DNA of 42,984 nucleotides from an uncultured bacterium. GTDB lineage: Bacteria > Verrucomicrobiota > Verrucomicrobiia > Verrucomicrobiales > DEV007. The notes under the pieces are model-generated. The model saw only the letters and a program-made list of their open reading frames with translations. It had not been told where the DNA came from and searched no databases. The stretch lies in contig CAXBMO010000037.1 of NCBI GenBank assembly GCA_963977015.1, forward strand, positions 1 to 42,984. The letters run 5' to 3'. Both the position numbers and the translations under genes were made by a program. Of this stretch, positions 41,025-42,984 are shown in pieces (position 1 is the stretch's first letter; every line of letters begins with the position of its first letter).

Positions 41025-42984
41025 ATGTCACCAGACTCCCCCGATCCCGCTCAATCCCTTGATTTGTCTGGCCTTCAGATGGCTCCGGATTGGGTGTCCG
41101 ACCTCGATTCAGACAGTTCAAAGACTTCCTATGAGAAGTTCGATTCTCCTGAATTTGATGAGCGGAGTTTTAAACGCAAAGGAAAGGGAGGGCACCAAGG
41201 TGGCGGATTCAATCGTGACGGCCGAGGTGGCGGTGGTGGTTTTGGGGATCGGCGCGGAGGTGGACCCGGAAGAGGCAATGACCGTGGAGGCCGTCCGGGA
41301 GGAAATCGTGATGGGCGGGGTGGACCGCGAAAAGACGGAAAGGGAGGGCGGGATCGCGACGGGAAGCGTTTTGGCGGAAATCAACGGGAACATCGCGAGC
41401 GATTGCCTCAGGGAATCGTGGTTTCGGTTCGGCCAACCCGGCCTGCGTTGGACGCATTAGTCGCCAGAATCAAGGTTTCGGGTAGAGCTTTCTCGATGTT
41501 CGATCTGGCGAAAGTCGTTTTGGCTGGCCTCGATCGATTCGAGGTCGGTTTTGATGGCAGCGGGAAGGTCAAACCGCCCTACCAGAAGAAAAAGGGGAAG
41601 AAGGATGCTGCACCAGTCAAAGAGGCTGCCGGCCCTCCCAAAGAGCCCAAAAAGACGAAGTTCATTCAGTGCAAGGCCGACAAATCAATCTGGATGAATC
41701 GGGAAGACGCGCTTCGTCACTTTTTGGCTAGTTCCAAGCGGATTGAGGCTTTTTATGACGTCGAGGAAAAGACGGTCGAGGCCCCGAAAGGCGAGTTTCG
41801 TTCGGTCGCAGTGTGCGGAATGACCGGCGAGTTGTTGGGGCCACCAAATCATCACAGCTATCAGACTGCGGTGGCGCGACTTCATCGGGCTCGATTTGCG
41901 AACATGCCGATTGAGCGTTTTCGGTCGAAAATTCGAGTCGAAACCAGCGATGAGCTGGTTGAAAAGTGGAAGGAGTCGGTCAGCAAAACCGTTCTCTATC
42001 GCTACCCGAAAAAGAAGATCGAGGCAGTCGCTGAGGTTGCGGCAGACGCTGCGGAATCGAAACCCGATTCTCAGACCACACCTCAGGAAGAGGCCGCCAA
42101 GCCTACTGAAGAAGTGGTCGAAGCTGAAGCTGGAAAGGAATCGGAAGTGGTAGAAAATTCGGCCGAAGTTCCAAAGCCGGAAGAGGTTCAGATTGAGCCC
42201 GAAGCCAGCGAGGAAAAAACGGAGGCCGTAGACGCGACGGAAGCTGCTGTTGAAGAGACCGAGGAGCAGGCATCCGAGGACTCGGAAGCTCCCCAGGCCG
42301 AGTCCGCTCCCGAGGAAGCAAAGGATGATCGGGAGGTTATTCCAACGCTGGAAGCCCTGGAGCGGCACGTTAGCGCGAATCTTGCCGACAAGATTTTCAA
42401 GGAAGTTGAGAAAGCCTGGGTTCCTGGAAATGTTTCCGGCAAAGACCTGCCTCAGCCGCTATTCAATCTCATGCGCCGGGAAGTGGAGTTTCTTCGCCGC
42501 TCTCCGTTTTTGATGGTGCGCGAGATGTGCAGTGGCTTGGAACGAAGCGGCTTGAAGATTTTCAAGCGACAGGGAAAGAAGCTGTTCGTTTCCAAAGCGA
42601 GACCTCGTCCGGTCGATCCGAACATGGCTCTCTCTGATCCGATCCAGAAAATCATCGACGTGATTCAAGCCCAGCCGGGAATCAAAGTTTCGCAGATGGT
42701 CACAAGTCTGGCTCCACGGCGGAAAACGGCGGCGGAAAATCTCAAGGAGGGAGAATTCACCCCTGAAGAAACGGCAGTCCTCTCAAATCTGCATTGGCTG
42801 GTCGATGAGGGCTATGTGATCGAATACGTATCGAGCGCCCTTTTCCTCGGTGGCCAACCGAAGAAGCCCGAGAAACCCAAAGGCGAAGCTGCCAAGACGA
42901 AGGCCGTCGCGGAAACGGAGCCTGTCGCGGAAACGGAGCCTGTCGCTGAAACGGAGCCCGTCGCTGAAACGGAGCCTGTCGCTG
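41025..42984 (+). CDS. Hypothetical protein with N-terminal RGG/RG-rich region and acidic linkers; 3' end outside the window
   Basis: Absent from the ORF track because it has no stop in the window. My translation from ATG41025 gives MSPDSPDPAQSLDLSGLQMAPDWV...GGFNRDGRGGGGGFGDRRGGGPGRGNDRGGRPGG...GRAFSMFDLAKVVL...CGMTGELLGPPNHHSYQ...LHWLVDEGYVIEY, in frame with the terminal VAETEP repeats. Confidence 0.85.
   Translation, partial: MSPDSPDPAQSLDLSGLQMAPDWVSDLDSDSSKTSYEKFDSPEFDERSFKRKGKGGHQGGGFNRDGRGGGGGFGDRRGGGPGRGNDRGGRPGGNRDGRGGPRKDGKGGRDRDGKRFGGNQREHRERLPQGIVVSVRPTRPALDALVARIKVSGRAFSMFDLAKVVLAGLDRFEVGFDGSGKVKPPYQKKKGKKDAAPVKEAAGPPKEPKKTKFIQCKADKSIWMNREDALRHFLASSKRIEAFYDVEEKTVEAPKGEFRSVAVCGMTGELLGPPNHHSYQTAVARLHRARFANMPIERFRSKIRVETSDELVEKWKESVSKTVLYRYPKKKIEAVAEVAADAAESKPDSQTTPQEEAAKPTEEVVEAEAGKESEVVENSAEVPKPEEVQIEPEASEEKTEAVDATEAAVEETEEQASEDSEAPQAESAPEEAKDDREVIPTLEALERHVSANLADKIFKEVEKAWVPGNVSGKDLPQPLFNLMRREVEFLRRSPFLMVREMCSGLERSGLKIFKRQGKKLFVSKARPRPVDPNMALSDPIQKIIDVIQAQPGIKVSQMVTSLAPRRKTAAENLKEGEFTPEETAVLSNLHWLVDEGYVIEYVSSALFLGGQPKKPEKPKGEAAKTKAVAETEPVAETEPVAETEPVAETEPVA
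42906..42984 (+). repeat. 18-bp coding tandem repeat GTCGC(G/T)GAAACGGAGCC(T/C), at least 4.4 copies, encoding VAETEP
   Basis: Units start at 42906, 42924, 42942, 42960 and 42978; the array is truncated by the window edge. Confidence 0.95.

Noticed and set aside
42906-42984. CRISPR-like array
   Set aside because: The units are contiguous 18-bp repeats without spacers, in frame within a CDS, and no cas genes are present.

Overview
This 43-kb bacterial window has a gene repertoire typical of the PVC superphylum, most likely Verrucomicrobiales (inferred from gene families, not from a search). It opens in the 3' half of a tRNA-Pro(CGG). A GC-richer, glycan/surface-oriented block follows (about 0.05-24.2 kb): a Cys-type sulfatase, a PVC-type CxxCH beta-propeller/HEAT/cytochrome c protein, a PAS-AraC regulator, a 4528-aa LEPR-XLL giant surface protein, an SGNH-sulfatase fusion, a stand-alone SGNH esterase and an EamA transporter. 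A lower-GC, more housekeeping-like block comes next: parvulin PPIase, metF, cysQ, a kinase-TPR protein, an NHL protein, two L,D-transpeptidase-family genes, cytochrome c-LRR, SRAP, an FtsX-type permease, a trypsin-like protease, and an RGG-rich ORF running off the right edge. The strongest observations are: (1) in the giant protein, five 170-230-aa globular payload domains are each inserted into the same last beta-hairpin of Ig/cadherin/PKD/VCBS stalk repeats, suggesting a branched adhesin; (2) an apparently circularly permuted SGNH hydrolase with its catalytic GDS block at the C-terminus; (3) a membrane-anchored TPR pseudokinase (HRD changed to HTS, no alphaC Glu); (4) a ~200-bp MITE-like element with imperfect terminal inverted repeats. 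Family assignments rest on motifs recognised by eye; no database searches were run.
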